Assembly (NCBI GenBank): GCA_965198005.1
Contig: CBDAOI010000004.1
Location: 768,001-832,000 of the forward strand
From: Spirochaetia bacterium
Lineage (GTDB): Bacteria > Spirochaetota > Spirochaetia > SZUA-6 > Bin103
DNA: 64,000 nt
Direction of reading: 5' to 3'
In this document: in pieces, positions 1 to 14,094 of the stretch
Numbering within the stretch: position 1 is the stretch's first letter
Layout of the letters: the number at the start of each line of letters is the position of its first letter
Translations under genes and position numbers: made by a program
The notes under the pieces: model-generated
What the model was told of the DNA's origin: nothing
What the model saw: the letters and a program-made list of their open reading frames with translations, nothing else
Database searches by the model: none

Positions 1-1
1 G

Positions 2-709
2 ATGAGTGACCTGCAGACGACGGCCGGCGAACAGCTTGCCGGGACCGTCAAGCCGTACCGGCGCCACGTGGTGGTGCTGACCGCGGCCGCCGACTGGCCG
101 GCCCACCTGGAGGAAGGCTCCGGACTCGAGGCGGCTCTGCTGGCCGCAGTGAACGCCCACCCCGAGCGGCTCGCGGGAGTCAAGATTACCGCCGCCACCG
201 GCAACCGCGCCGCCCGCGGGCATGACGTGCTGGTGTTTCCCGACATGGTGCGCTTCCGCGCGGTCGGCGCGGACGGTGCGGACGGAATCGAGGAGGACGC
301 CGCCGCGCTGGTCGAGGACCACCTGCTGGGGGACCGGGTGTCCACCCGTCTGCAGAGCGAGCCGCTGGCGGGGCGGCACCTGTTCGTGTGTGTCCACGCG
401 GCGCGTGATCAGCGTTGCGGCGACCACGGTCCGGGGCTGGCGGCGGCGCTGGAGCGCGAGTTGGAGCGCCGCGACCTCGATGACGTGGTGGTACGGTGCT
501 CGAGCCACGTCGGCGGCCACCGCTTCGCCGGCTGTCTGATCGCCTACCCGGCCGGCGACTGGTACGGCTTGCTCGAGGTCACGCTCGCGGCGCGGTTCGT
601 CGACCGGTGCCTGGTCCAGGACCGGATCATGACGGCGCATTGGCGCGGCCGGCAGGGGATCGACCCTGCCGTCCAACTGCAGGCCGCGAGCGGTTTCAGT
701 TCATCCTGA
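2..709 (+). CDS. Sucrase/ferredoxin-like (thioredoxin-like 2Fe-2S, Apd1/Aim32-type) protein
   Basis: VCVHAARDQRCG (Cx8C) plus SSHVGGHRFAG (HxGGH) and GDWYG motifs. Confidence 0.8.
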   Translation: MSDLQTTAGEQLAGTVKPYRRHVVVLTAAADWPAHLEEGSGLEAALLAAVNAHPERLAGVKITAATGNRAARGHDVLVFPDMVRFRAVGADGADGIEEDAAALVEDHLLGDRVSTRLQSEPLAGRHLFVCVHAARDQRCGDHGPGLAAALERELERRDLDDVVVRCSSHVGGHRFAGCLIAYPAGDWYGLLEVTLAARFVDRCLVQDRIMTAHWRGRQGIDPAVQLQAASGFSSS

Positions 710-1569
710 CCACCGACCTCACACTGCTCGCCGTTCCGGGGGTGGCCAGCGGCGCGGCGCTGGTTCTGGCCGTGCTGGTGGGGGCGGTCATGGGCCTCAT
801 CGGCGCCGGCGGGTCGATCCTTACCGTTCCGATCCTGGTCTACGTCGTGGGGGTCGACGTGGTCACGGCGACCGCCTACTCGCTGTTCGTGGTGGGGGTG
901 ACCAGCGCGGTCGGGGCGGCCAGTTACTGGCGGCGCGGATTGGTGCACGGACGGGCCGCGGTGGCGTTCGCCGTCCCCTCCCTGACCGCGGTCTTCGTGA
1001 CCCGGCGCTTCCTGGTGCCCGCCATCCCCGCGCAGCTCGGCACGGTGGCCGGGCTGGCGGTGAGCAAGGAGCTGTTCATTTTGCTGCTGTTTGCGGTGAT
1101 CATGGCGGCGAGCGCGCTGACGATGATCCGGCCGCCGCGCCGATTGCGGGACGCGCCGGCGGACGGCGCCGGCGGCGGCCCCCGGACCAGAGTGAACGTA
1201 CCGGTGGCGGCGGCGGAAGGCGCGGTGATCGGCGTATTCACCGGCATGGTGGGGGCCGGCGGCGGGTTCGCCATCGTGCCCGCCCTGGCGGTGTACCTGC
1301 GGCTGCCGATGCGGGTGGCGGTGGGCACCTCGCTGACCATCATCGCCGCCAAGTCCCTGATCGGGTTTCTCGGCGACGTCTCGCTGCCGGTTGAATTCGA
1401 CTGGCCGCTGCTGGCGGCGTTCACGGCCCTGGCGGTGGCCGGCGTTCTCGCCGGCAGCCGGCTCGCCCGTCGCGTGCCCGCCGACAAACTGCGGCCGGCG
1501 TTCGGCTGGTTCGTGCTGGCCGCCGCCGCCGCCATCCTGCTGCGCGAGACGGGCGCCCGCTTCCTATAA
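706..1569 (+). CDS. Sulfite exporter TauE/SafE family membrane protein (start uncertain)
   Basis: Two GLIGAGGSIL / GMVGAGGGFAIVP repeats, AVGTSL motif, multiple TM segments. Confidence 0.85.
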   Translation: MTTDLTLLAVPGVASGAALVLAVLVGAVMGLIGAGGSILTVPILVYVVGVDVVTATAYSLFVVGVTSAVGAASYWRRGLVHGRAAVAFAVPSLTAVFVTRRFLVPAIPAQLGTVAGLAVSKELFILLLFAVIMAASALTMIRPPRRLRDAPADGAGGGPRTRVNVPVAAAEGAVIGVFTGMVGAGGGFAIVPALAVYLRLPMRVAVGTSLTIIAAKSLIGFLGDVSLPVEFDWPLLAAFTALAVAGVLAGSRLARRVPADKLRPAFGWFVLAAAAAILLRETGARFL

Positions 1570-1911
1570 CATGGGCGTGTCTCCCGCACGAGGTACAATC
1601 GATGATTGAGCTACTGGATTTCGATAAGAGACCGGTCAGTACCGTCTCGACGCGGCTGCCGTCCAGGTCCCATCATCAGCGTGTATTCCGGCCCTACCGT
1701 CCGAGAGTCGCCGTCGGCTGGTACCAGTCCCTCGCGTATGGCTTTGCTTCTCGAACGGCGGGCGAGAGCGATGACCTACGACGATACAGTCAGTATTGTC
1801 CTCACCACCGCTTCGTCGAGAGTGCCCTCTACCAGGCACGGCACCGGTTGTACGAGCATTCAGAAGTCGAACCGAAACTGGTCGGAATGGCCCCCCCTGG
1901 CGCTGATTCTG

Positions 1912-3798
1912 TGTATACACTGATATAGCTCTGGTAGCGCGCGATAGAGCCCATTCAGCGTGTGATCTGAACCGCTTTCAGGCCATGTTCTGAGCTATAT
2001 GACTTGCTCTCGCCGATCTTGGCCCGTTCTGCTTGACAAAGGTCGTCTCTATGTATACACTGAGCGTGGTGGCGACTATCCAAAAGAAGGTCTCCCGCGG
2101 GCGCACCTACTGGCAGATCGTGGAGTCCAGACGCGTCAACGGTAAGCCCCGTCCCATCGTCCTGGAGCACCTGGGCAGTGCAGAGAAATTGCTCCAGCGA
2201 CTGCGAGAATCTCCCGCGCGCCCGGCCAAGGCGAAGGTCATTCAGTTCGGTGCGTTGGCCGCGCTCTGGCAGATCGCCCAAGAGTTGGATGTGGTCGGCC
2301 TGATCGATGCGCAGGTGCCCAAGCGAGACCAAGGACTGTCCTGCGGGCAGTACTTGCTGTTGGCGGCGCTGAACCGCTGTGTGGCCGCCTCCAGTAAGGC
2401 TTCTCTGTATCAGTGGTATCGACGCACGGTCCTGAACCGGCTGCTCCCCACTGCGCAGCGTTCGCTCTGTTCTCAGCGCTTCTGGGATCACATGAGCATG
2501 CTCGACAGCGCTGCCATCGGCGCGATTGAGCAACAACTGGCCCAGCGGGTGATCGACCGCTACCGGATCGATCTGCGGCTACTGATCTTTGATGCGACCA
2601 ACTTTGATACATTCATCGACAGCCGCACCCTCAGCGAGTTGGCACAACGCGGCCCCGCGAAGAGCAAACGCGCCGATCTGCGGATCTTGGGCTTGGCACT
2701 CCTGGTGAGCTGCGATTACCACATTCCGCTGCTCTCCCACCCGTATCCGGGAAACCAGAATGACGCCGCGTTGTTCGCCAGCCTCACCGAGGCGCTGATC
2801 AGCCGCTGCCAGCAGTTGGCCCAGGAGTGCGACGATATCACGCTGGTGTTCGATGGTGGCAACACCTCCAGAGAAAATATCGAAGCGCTCCAAGCCAGCC
2901 CGTACCATTTCATCACTTCCTTGACCGTGACCTGGCACGAGGATCTGCTGGCGGTTCCCCTGAGCCGGTTTCACTCCTTCGATGACCCGCGGCTTGCCGG
3001 GGTGACGGCTTACCGCACCCACAAGGAGATCTGGGGTGAGCGCCGCACGGTGGTGGTCACCAACAGTCGCCGGTTACGGGAAGGGCAGCTTGCCGGTATC
3101 AACCACGCGTTGCGCAAGAAGCGCGCTGCACTGCGCGCGTTGCGGAGGAAGCTGGCGCGCAGCCAGAAACCGGGGGCATCGGGCAAAGGCTACAGCCGAG
3201 CATCCTTGCAGAAGCATTTCGACGCGATCACCTCGGGTCAGTACGTAGCGCAGATTCTCAAGATTCAGATCAGCGAATCCGACGGCGCACTCAGTTTTCG
3301 ATTTCACACCGATTGGGCAGCGTACCAGCGCTTGCAACGCAGGCGCTTGGGCAAGCGCATCCTGTGCACCGACAACGAGTCGTGGAGCGACCAAGACATC
3401 ATCTTGGCCAGCCGCGCACAACACCATGTGGAGCGGGCGTTCAAGCAGATGAAGAATCCCCACTGGGTGAGCTTCTCGCCGGCCTTTCACTGGACCGATC
3501 AGAAGCTGCGCGTACACGTGTTCTATTGTGTGCTGGCACTGCTGCTGAGCTCGCTGCTGCAACGCAAGGCGGCCCACGGCGGACACCCACTTACCATCGA
3601 GCAACTCCTGGCGGAACTCAGCGGCGTGACCGAAGTGGTCAACCTCTACGCCGCGCCTGAACAGGCCACCTCAACCAGAGGGCGCTACCGAGCCCAATAC
3701 GTGCTCTCTGAGCGCTCCTCCCTGCAAGACAAACTGTGCCGGCTACTTGACGTATACCAACACGCCCATCCCTGACGGCACCACTGTCAGTGTATACA
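1912..3798 (+). mobile_element. IS1634-family insertion sequence (ends approximate)
   Basis: Transposase flanked by TGTATACACTGA (1912-1923, 2052-2063) and its reverse complement (3787-3798). Confidence 0.55.
2033..3775 (+). CDS. IS1634-family DDE transposase (likely start GTG ~2069)
   Basis: N-terminal YWQIVESRRVNGKPRP..LGS, FDATNFDTF, LVFDGG, VERAFKQMK, HWTDQKLRVHVFYCVLA. Confidence 0.85.
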   Translation: MTKVVSMYTLSVVATIQKKVSRGRTYWQIVESRRVNGKPRPIVLEHLGSAEKLLQRLRESPARPAKAKVIQFGALAALWQIAQELDVVGLIDAQVPKRDQGLSCGQYLLLAALNRCVAASSKASLYQWYRRTVLNRLLPTAQRSLCSQRFWDHMSMLDSAAIGAIEQQLAQRVIDRYRIDLRLLIFDATNFDTFIDSRTLSELAQRGPAKSKRADLRILGLALLVSCDYHIPLLSHPYPGNQNDAALFASLTEALISRCQQLAQECDDITLVFDGGNTSRENIEALQASPYHFITSLTVTWHEDLLAVPLSRFHSFDDPRLAGVTAYRTHKEIWGERRTVVVTNSRRLREGQLAGINHALRKKRAALRALRRKLARSQKPGASGKGYSRASLQKHFDAITSGQYVAQILKIQISESDGALSFRFHTDWAAYQRLQRRRLGKRILCTDNESWSDQDIILASRAQHHVERAFKQMKNPHWVSFSPAFHWTDQKLRVHVFYCVLALLLSSLLQRKAAHGGHPLTIEQLLAELSGVTEVVNLYAAPEQATSTRGRYRAQYVLSERSSLQDKLCRLLDVYQHAHP

Positions 3799-4055
3799 AG
3801 CCTCCTCCGACAGGCTATCGAGTAACTTGTTATGCTCAAAACACTTATCCACTCAGACTATCAGATACCCGAGATAACTAGGAAACTCACGCCTGCCTCG
3901 CATGCAGTGAGCGCACGTCGCGCATGCCACCACGTAATGCGACGGCTTCGTCAAGCCCAACTCCGGCCTACCAGTGCGCCGGGTCACGAGGCAACCGTAG
4001 TGCCGGCTCAGCCGGCGGTGGGCGGGGGTCGATCATGTGAATAGATCGCCGTCCG

Positions 4056-5060
4056 ATGAGTGCTCAGGCCCGCATCATCCTCGCGTTCATACTGCTGACC
4101 AGCGTCGTGCTGGGCGGCACCGCGGGGTTCATGGGGATCGAGGGGTGGACGTTCGGCGACAGTCTCTACATGGCGGTGATCACCGTGTCCACGGTGGGGT
4201 TCGGCGAGGTGCGGCCGCTGTCCGGCGCCGGGCGCGCGCTGGCGGTGGTGATCATCGTGTTCGCGGTAGCGTCCCTCGGCTACTCGGCGACCGCCATCGG
4301 CGCATATCTGGCAGAGGGACATCTACTGCTCGACTTCAGGAGGAAGCGTATGGAACGGGCGATTCGCAGGCTGCGCGACCACTACATCATCTGCGGCGGC
4401 GGCCGGTTCGGCCGCGAGGTGGCGGCGGAGTTCAGCCGTTCGGACGCCCCCTACGTGGTGGTCGACCTGGCTCCCGAGGAGTGCGAGCTGGCGGGATTCA
4501 AGGACGCCGTGTTCGTGCAGGGCGACGCCGGCAACGACGAGGCGCTGCAGGCCGCCCGCGTCGACTCCGCCCGCGGACTGGTGTCGGCGCTGCCGGCGGA
4601 CGACGCCAACCTGTTCGTGGTGCTGACCGCGCGCCAGCTCAATCCGAAGCTGACCATCATCACTCAGGCGACGCGCCCGCGCTCGATCGACAAGCTGCGG
4701 CTGGCGGGCGCCGACCGCGTCGTGTCGCCCTATCGTCTGGCCGGCCACAGCATGGCATCGGCGCTGCTGCGGCCGGCGGTGGTGAACTTCATCGACGTCG
4801 CGCAGCGCGAGCGCACCGGCCTGCGGCTCGAGGAGGTGCGGGTGCCGGAGCACTCGCGGCTGATCGGGAAGTCGATCCGCGACGCGGCCGTGAGCGACCA
4901 CACCGGCGCCACCGTGATGGCCATGCAGCAGTCGGACGGCGAGTGGGTCAACATGTTGGACTCCGCCGCGCTGGTGAATACGCCGCTCCAGGCCCGGAAC
5001 GTGCTGATCGCGGTCGGCACCGACCAACAACTGCGCTCCCTGCGCGACTTCGCCGGCTGA
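4056..5060 (+). CDS. Potassium channel with TrkA-N/TrkA-C (RCK) domains
   Basis: Two TM helices with TVSTVGFGE filter, CGGGRFG Rossmann motif, C-terminal RCK-C. Confidence 0.9.
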   Translation: MSAQARIILAFILLTSVVLGGTAGFMGIEGWTFGDSLYMAVITVSTVGFGEVRPLSGAGRALAVVIIVFAVASLGYSATAIGAYLAEGHLLLDFRRKRMERAIRRLRDHYIICGGGRFGREVAAEFSRSDAPYVVVDLAPEECELAGFKDAVFVQGDAGNDEALQAARVDSARGLVSALPADDANLFVVLTARQLNPKLTIITQATRPRSIDKLRLAGADRVVSPYRLAGHSMASALLRPAVVNFIDVAQRERTGLRLEEVRVPEHSRLIGKSIRDAAVSDHTGATVMAMQQSDGEWVNMLDSAALVNTPLQARNVLIAVGTDQQLRSLRDFAG

Positions 5061-5074
5061 CCCGCGCGGCGAGG

Positions 5075-6097
5075 CTACCAGATCTTGCTGAGATCAAGGC
5101 GAAAGCCAGACAGGACCGGGGCGCCGTCAACACTGTCGGGGTTGCGCAGCAGCACCAGGTTGTCGCCGGCGGTGCGCAGCGCTTCCAGCTCCTCCGCCGA
5201 CAGCGGGCTGTCGCCCAGGGCGACCTGCACCTTGAAGTCCAGCACGGCGTCGGCGCCCACCCGCGCCGGCGTCTGAGTGCCGATCGTGACCGCCACCTAC
5301 GGCCGCGTACGCTTGCGCCACCAGTTGGGCACCCGCACCGACAGGCCGCTCCGCTCCAACTCGGGCACGCTTTGCAGGAACCGATAGGCGTGCGCCGGCG
5401 GCCAGGCCAGCGGGCGGTACAGGTCGCCGGAGTCGGCCAGCTCCCGCACCCAGTCGCACGCCGTGGCGGCCTCCTCCACCGGCGCCAGCAGGTTGATCAG
5501 CGCCGTCCGGTTGTTGGCTCCGGCGTACTGCTGCAGCGCGTTGCGCAGCGGCAGGTGCTTGAGCCGCCCGCCGGCGCCGAAGCCGGCGGCGTAGGTGGCC
5601 AGAAACGCGAACGGCCGCTCCTCGCCGTTCCGGTTCTCGGCCAAGTGGAAGCAGACCCGCCCCACCTGCCGCCAGCGCGGCGCCCGCGCCCGCAGCAACG
5701 CCGCCGGGCCGCCGGCCGCCGCGGCCGCCGCGCGCACCCACTCGTCGAGCCGCCCCCACACGCGTTGCAGGAGTTCGGGCGACAGATACTCGCCACCTTC
5801 CATCGGTGGCGCGTTCAGCACCCAGGTGGCCAGCAGGCCGTCGCCGGGCGCCTCGACCGCAACCTCCTCCGCGTCCGCCGGCAGGTGGCACAGGCCGGTC
5901 AGGTAGTGCTCGGCCAGTTGCCGCCAGTAGCGCAAGCTGGGGATCTCCTGCGCCGGCAGCTTCTCCGCCGCCAGCGTAAACAGCGCCCCGCGCCAGTCGG
6001 TCCGAAATGCGTCCAGCACCGGAGCCAAGTCGGCGGCCCCTGCGCGGGGCTCGGGTTCCCAACGCAGGGCCCCGCCCGGCGTCAATCGTACGCCCAT
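5075..6097 (-). pseudogene. N-terminal fragment of a SNF2-family helicase with an in-frame TAG (5297), fused at ~5143 to a Uma2-like C-terminal tail
   Basis: VGRVCFHLAEN..PFAFLATY..HLPL..ALQQY, VPNWW typical of bacterial SNF2 N-termini; no ATPase motifs; ends in PDSVDGAPVLSGFRLDLSKIW. Confidence 0.65.
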
Positions 6098-6261
6098 GGA
6101 CGTCGACTATCCACGGAAGGATGAGGCGCCGGCCTCAGAACATGCGACACTTCGTGCCACCGGGCAGCAGCCCACCACGTCCACATAGCCATGGCAATGC
6201 TGCCACAGCTACGTTTGCTCAACGTAAATGAGTTGTAGATAACGAATCATGAACGGGCTGC

Positions 6262-6975
6262 CTAATCGAGCTTTGCCAAGAGGGTCTCAAGGGGCTCATC
6301 ACCGGGCCATGATCCTGCAAGCTGAATAGGGTCGAAAGATGCTGCCCTAGTGCTTTGACCCTCGGGAATCTTGCCCGCGATCTTATCGGCCACCGCTTTC
6401 CACGCATCAAAATCAGTCACCCGGGATCTCGAAATACATAATCTTGAACAGCCACAAATTGATGTCAAATTCCGAATTACGGATTTCTCGAGTATTGCCG
6501 GCAGCCATGGACTAAGAGAAATATGCTCTATCCATTCGACTTCGATCTCGAATCCCCAACTCTCTTGCGCACGATCGTCGGCATATACAATCCGATATTC
6601 GCGCTCATCCCCATATGGGGACCACTTCAGAAATGGCAGGTCGTCTACACATCGATGATTGCTTTTCAGTTCGCTGATCTTGACGTATTCCACGCACCTG
6701 TCGACTGGCCTGGCACCGCCGTCTTCACATTGGTTCCTGAACGCATCCAATATGCGATCCTTATTGAATCGAATGCTGACTCCATCGGCGCCACTTGAGA
6801 ATACTCGCCAGTGATGATACGTCTCTCCCGTTTGGTCGGCGAAACAGAGCGCTAGCAGTGTCTTCAGGCTCTTGGACTCCTTGTACTTCTCCAAGAAATA
6901 GGCGTCGTTCTTATCATCCCACTTCGTCGGATCCCGCAGTAGTATCTTCTTCTCGCGAAGAATATATATTAGATC
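6262..6975 (-). CDS. DUF2971-like protein, apparently 5'-truncated, low GC
   Basis: Open frame LIYILREKKILLRDPTKWDDKND..LALCF..ETYHHWRVFS..DEREYRIVY; no start codon before the galU 3' end. Confidence 0.55.
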   Translation of the reverse strand, partial: DLIYILREKKILLRDPTKWDDKNDAYFLEKYKESKSLKTLLALCFADQTGETYHHWRVFSSGADGVSIRFNKDRILDAFRNQCEDGGARPVDRCVEYVKISELKSNHRCVDDLPFLKWSPYGDEREYRIVYADDRAQESWGFEIEVEWIEHISLSPWLPAILEKSVIRNLTSICGCSRLCISRSRVTDFDAWKAVADKIAGKIPEGQSTRAASFDPIQLAGSWPGDEPLETLLAKLD

Positions 6976-6983
6976 GGAATCGA

Positions 6984-7850
6984 CTACGAGGCGCTGGTGG
7001 GCGAGTCGGCGCCGGCGAGGCCGGCGGCGCGGAATGACTCGATCTCCGCCGCCAGCTCCGGGTCGCGCGCCGCGTACTCCAGGATCGACCGCAGGTAGCC
7101 GGCCGGCGTGCCGACGTCGAGCCGCCGGCCGACCATGCGCTGGATCACGACCCGCCCCTGCCGCGCCAGCTCCTCCACCCCCTCGGTGTAGTTGAACTCG
7201 CCGCCGCCGTGGCGCTCCCAGCGGCGCCGCAGCGCCGGGTAGATCTCCGGCGTGTACAGGTAGCGGCCGATGGAGATGTCGCGGCTCGGCTCGGTGCCCG
7301 GCGCCGGCTTTTCCACGATGCCGGTGACGTACAGGCCGTCGTCGGCCAGCGCCACCACGCCGTAGCGTTCCAGGTGCGGCGGATTGTGCTCGACGGCCAG
7401 CACGCTGCAGCCGGTCCGCTGGTGGGTGTCGATCAACTGCCGCGTGAGCGGCGGGTCGCCGACGTGCAGGTCATCGGGGAACACCACCACGAACGGATCG
7501 TCGCCGGTGAACGGCTCGGACAGCAGGATCGCGTGCCCCGTGCCCAGCATCCGCTGCTGGCGCAAGAAGAAGAACCGGCCCGGCGGCACGGTGATCGCCT
7601 GCTGCCTGGCCACCGCGCCCTCGGACTCGAACACCTGCTCCAGCTCCACCTCGCGATCGACGTAGTCCTCCAGCGCGCGCTTGCGGCGCGAGGTGATGAA
7701 CAGGATGTCTTCGATCCCCGACTCGCGCAGCTCCTGCAGTATGAAGTCGATCGCGGGTCGGTCGATGACCGGAAACATCTCCTTGGGTACCGTCTTCGAA
7801 GCCGGCAGGAACCTGCTGCCATACCCGGCAGCGACGATGACCGCTTTCAT
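6984..7850 (-). CDS. galU: UTP--glucose-1-phosphate uridylyltransferase
   Basis: MKAVIVAAGYGSRFLPASKTVPKEMFPVIDRP, LGTGHAI, VEKP, GRY. Confidence 0.85.
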   Translation of the reverse strand: MKAVIVAAGYGSRFLPASKTVPKEMFPVIDRPAIDFILQELRESGIEDILFITSRRKRALEDYVDREVELEQVFESEGAVARQQAITVPPGRFFFLRQQRMLGTGHAILLSEPFTGDDPFVVVFPDDLHVGDPPLTRQLIDTHQRTGCSVLAVEHNPPHLERYGVVALADDGLYVTGIVEKPAPGTEPSRDISIGRYLYTPEIYPALRRRWERHGGGEFNYTEGVEELARQGRVVIQRMVGRRLDVGTPAGYLRSILEYAARDPELAAEIESFRAAGLAGADSPTSAS

Positions 7851-8046
7851 GCGTGCCTCCTGGAGTGAACGATGCACCCATTCCAATCGTATCATGATGC
7901 CTGCCGAGATCCGCGAGCCGGCATCCGGGACCAACCGGCCATCGTGCCAGCCCGGCACCGCAGAACCGACACCCGTCCTCGACCCGACCGCCCGCGGGTT
8001 GACATCCCGGGCAAAGAGCATCATCTTATCACCCAAAGGGTGATGG

Positions 8047-8343
8047 GTGGAAGTTTCCTTCCAATCGCGCAGGCTCCTCGGATGTTACCAGGAGTCGTCC
8101 CGGGCAATTCGTGAATGGGGCTCGGTCGTCGGCCGGCGTTACATACGGATCGTGAACGAATTGAGCGCACTTCCGACGTTCCCCGACCTGTTCTCGGTCG
8201 TCCGGATGCGTGCCCACCCGTACAAGAGTCGTCCTGGATCGTATGCGCTCGACATGACCGGGCGCTGGCGCCTGATAGTCCGGCAGGGCGAGAGGCCCGA
8301 TCAGGTGGTCGTAGAGGAGGTGAGCAACCATTATGACGATTGA
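8047..8343 (+). CDS. higB: HigB/RelE-like toxin (plasmid maintenance killer type)
   Basis: 98 aa, AHPYKSRPGSYALDMTGRWRLIV..EEVSNHY; overlaps downstream HigA. Confidence 0.75.
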   Translation: MEVSFQSRRLLGCYQESSRAIREWGSVVGRRYIRIVNELSALPTFPDLFSVVRMRAHPYKSRPGSYALDMTGRWRLIVRQGERPDQVVVEEVSNHYDD

Positions 8344-9415
8344 CGACCGTGGTGAGGTCTATTCCGATCTCGTCATCCCGCCAGGAGAGACACTCGCCGA
8401 CGAGATCGCTTCCCGTGGCATCAGCCAGACGGAGCTTGCGGCCCGTCTCGGACGACCCGTGCAGGTGGTTAACGAGATCATCCACGGCAAAAAGGCGATC
8501 ACCGACAACACAGCACTCGGCCTGGAGAATGTCCTGGGCATACCCGCAGCGTTCTGGGTCAACCTGGAGCAGAACTACCGGATGACCGGAGCCAGACTCC
8601 AGGAGCGGGACCGCCTCAAGGCCGAGGAGAACTGGCTCAAGGAACTCCCGGTCAGGGAAATGGAGAGGCGCGGCTGGATATCCGTCGGACGGAACCCCCA
8701 GGAGAAGATGCGCGCCCTGCTACAATTCTTCGGCGTCGCGAACGTGACCGCCTATCGAAAGACCACCGAGGTGCTCGGCTTTCGGATCTCCGACAAATCG
8801 AAGCTGTCCCCCGGTGCCCTGGCGGCGTGGCTGCGCAAGGGAGAACTTGAGGCGCAGACTATCGACACCCGCCCATTCGACTCTGCCTTACTCCTGGACG
8901 CGGCTCGCGCAGCCCGTACGATGACCGAACAGCCGCCGCTGGAGTTTGCCACGCGCTTGACGCAGCTATTCTCCGACGCTGGCGTGGCGTTGGTCGTGGT
9001 GCGCGAGTTACCCAAGACCGGAGCCAACGGAGTTGCCCGTTGGCTCTCCGACCGGAAAGCTCTGATCCAGTTGAATCTGCGCTACAAGTGGCAGGACATC
9101 TTCTGGTTCACGTTGTTCCACGAAGTCTGTCACGTCCTCAAGCACGCCAATCAGAAAATCATCATTGACGGCATCGACAAGAATTGGCCGTTTGAGGACG
9201 AGGCTAACCCGTGGGCTGCCGACTTCCTCGTGCCCCCTGATGCCTGGTCGCAGTTTTGCCGCAGGACACCGTTCAACCGCGGCAGCATTATTGCGTTCGC
9301 TCGGGAAATCGGGATAGCGCCCGGAATCGTCGTCGGACGCCTGCAACGCGAGCGACGTCTGAAGTATTCAGAAATGACCGATCTCAAGGTCCGATTCGGA
9401 TGGACAGATGAGTAG
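8333..9415 (+). CDS. higA: HigA-family HTH antitoxin fused to ImmA/IrrE metallopeptidase
   Basis: PPGETL..ISQTELAARLG..NEIIHGKKAIT..FWVNLEQNY; FWFTLFHEVCH (HExxH). Confidence 0.85.
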   Translation: MTIDDRGEVYSDLVIPPGETLADEIASRGISQTELAARLGRPVQVVNEIIHGKKAITDNTALGLENVLGIPAAFWVNLEQNYRMTGARLQERDRLKAEENWLKELPVREMERRGWISVGRNPQEKMRALLQFFGVANVTAYRKTTEVLGFRISDKSKLSPGALAAWLRKGELEAQTIDTRPFDSALLLDAARAARTMTEQPPLEFATRLTQLFSDAGVALVVVRELPKTGANGVARWLSDRKALIQLNLRYKWQDIFWFTLFHEVCHVLKHANQKIIIDGIDKNWPFEDEANPWAADFLVPPDAWSQFCRRTPFNRGSIIAFAREIGIAPGIVVGRLQRERRLKYSEMTDLKVRFGWTDE

Positions 9416-9632
9416 CGCGATTTCCAAAATGGCTATTCGTCGCCAGAGATCGGCGGTGAGTTGGTTCCTCCTTTTTCCAAGCGTGCTATGTACTCGGAAG
9501 GTGCAGCCGGGAAGGCGAGTTGCTCACGTAGCGTATGGGTCATGCGGCCAACTCCGCGCGCGCCGCATCGCGGGCCGACCACGGTACGGGGTGTACGCCG
9601 TACGTGCGCATCGCGTCCAACAATAACGACCC

Positions 9633-12776
<3,144 letters not shown>

Positions 12777-12779
12777 CAA

Positions 12780-12908
12780 CTACCCCAGTGCGCGAAGCGA
12801 TTCGAGCCGAGCGAGCCACCCGGCGAAGTGACGGCACTCGTCCCGGATGCGGTCCAACCCGATGCGCTTTGCAACGGCCGTCCCGTGGCGAACCACTACG
12901 AAGATCAA
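12780..12908 (-). pseudogene. DUF4276-family (TOPRIM-like) remnant, internally deleted to ~42 aa
   Basis: HGTAVAKRIGLDRIRDECRHFAGWLARLE matches the family C-terminus; TTG start overlaps the ATPase stop. Confidence 0.6.
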
Positions 12909-14028
12909 CGCGCCGGCCCGCCGCCGACGACCTCGGCTTTCCAGAGCTGCCCCACCGAGTACTCCTTCAGCCAGTCCTGCCAGACATCCGAATCCAACCT
13001 CTCGAACACTGACTCGCCATTTCTGCGGTTCACCACCACGACATCCTCCGGCTCGAACTCGCTGACCAAGTCCGCCGATTGCGTGGACACGATCACCTGC
13101 CGCGCCTCGCTTGCGCCTCGAACCATCTCCGCCAACAGCTTCAGCGCGAGGGGGTGCAGCCCCAGCTCGGGTTCGTCGATGATGATCGGATCGGGTTGCA
13201 GCTCCGGCGGCTGCCGCAGCAGCGTCGCCAGGCAGATGAAACGGAGCGTACCGTCCGAGAGCTGCAGCGGCCCCAGTGGTGTGTCCTGATCCTCCCTGTG
13301 GTGCCATTCAAGCTCGATACGCTCACCGACGTCCTTACGGTATACGAAATCGCCAAAGAACGGCGCCACGATCCGCACCGTCCGGACGACGTCCCGATGC
13401 CGGCGCGGATGGCGTTCGCGCAGAAACCGCAGAAACGGCGCCAAGTTGCTTCCGTCCGCCTTCAGCCGCAGATTGTCGCGCACCGCCTGCGGACAGCGCA
13501 CGCCCGCCACGTTACTCGTGTCGCGAAAGTGGTACACGCGCCAGTCCCTGATAGCCGGCAAGGCGTAGGCTGCAAAGGTACCGGCGTCGAGGCTCGCCGG
13601 ATGCGCTTCTCCGCGACCCCCTGACCATACGGCGCCCCCCTCGGCAGCGAGCCGCGTGCCGGCAGCCGCCAGCGCTGCCTCCTGCGGCACACCCGGAGAA
13701 AGCTGTTCCTCGCCGATCACCAGCCCGTCGCCCGCAGCCTCCGCCGAGAACCGATACTGGCAGCGTCCCCTCTCGAAGAACAGCTCCACCTCAAGGCTCG
13801 AAGTCCTCCTGCGCCCCCCGAACAGCACCGCATCCGGCCCGCCCTCCTGTTTGACAAAGACCTGAAGCCTTCCGCGAGCAAGCTGTGACAAGAGCCGAAA
13901 CACGCCGAGAAGGTTGCTCTTGCCCGCCCCATTGGCCCCGATGAGCACGCTAACTCCCGCAGCTCGAAGTTCTCCGGCTCACGAATCGATTTGAAACCGC
14001 GAACGGTTAGCCGGCCCAGCGTCGCCAT
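12905..14028 (-). CDS. AAA_21/ABC-type ATPase, frameshift at ~13950
   Basis: LTVRGFKSIRE then, in another frame, LIGANGAGKSN; LSDGTLRF, IIIDEPELGLHP, VSTQS. Confidence 0.8.
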
Positions 14029-14094
14029 GTTCCGGTTGCCCTGTCATGCCCCGGCGCTGCCTCAGCGGCCGAATGATCTCGGTCAGTCGCTCCG

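Noticed and set aside
1602-1928. Overlapping ~105-aa ORFs before the IS
   Set aside because: No recognisable motifs; cannot choose a frame
4037-6124. Long Arg/Ala/Gly-rich ORFs (also 29610-32099, 34821-37049, 37003-39561)
   Set aside because: Shadow ORFs overlapping real genes in high-GC DNA
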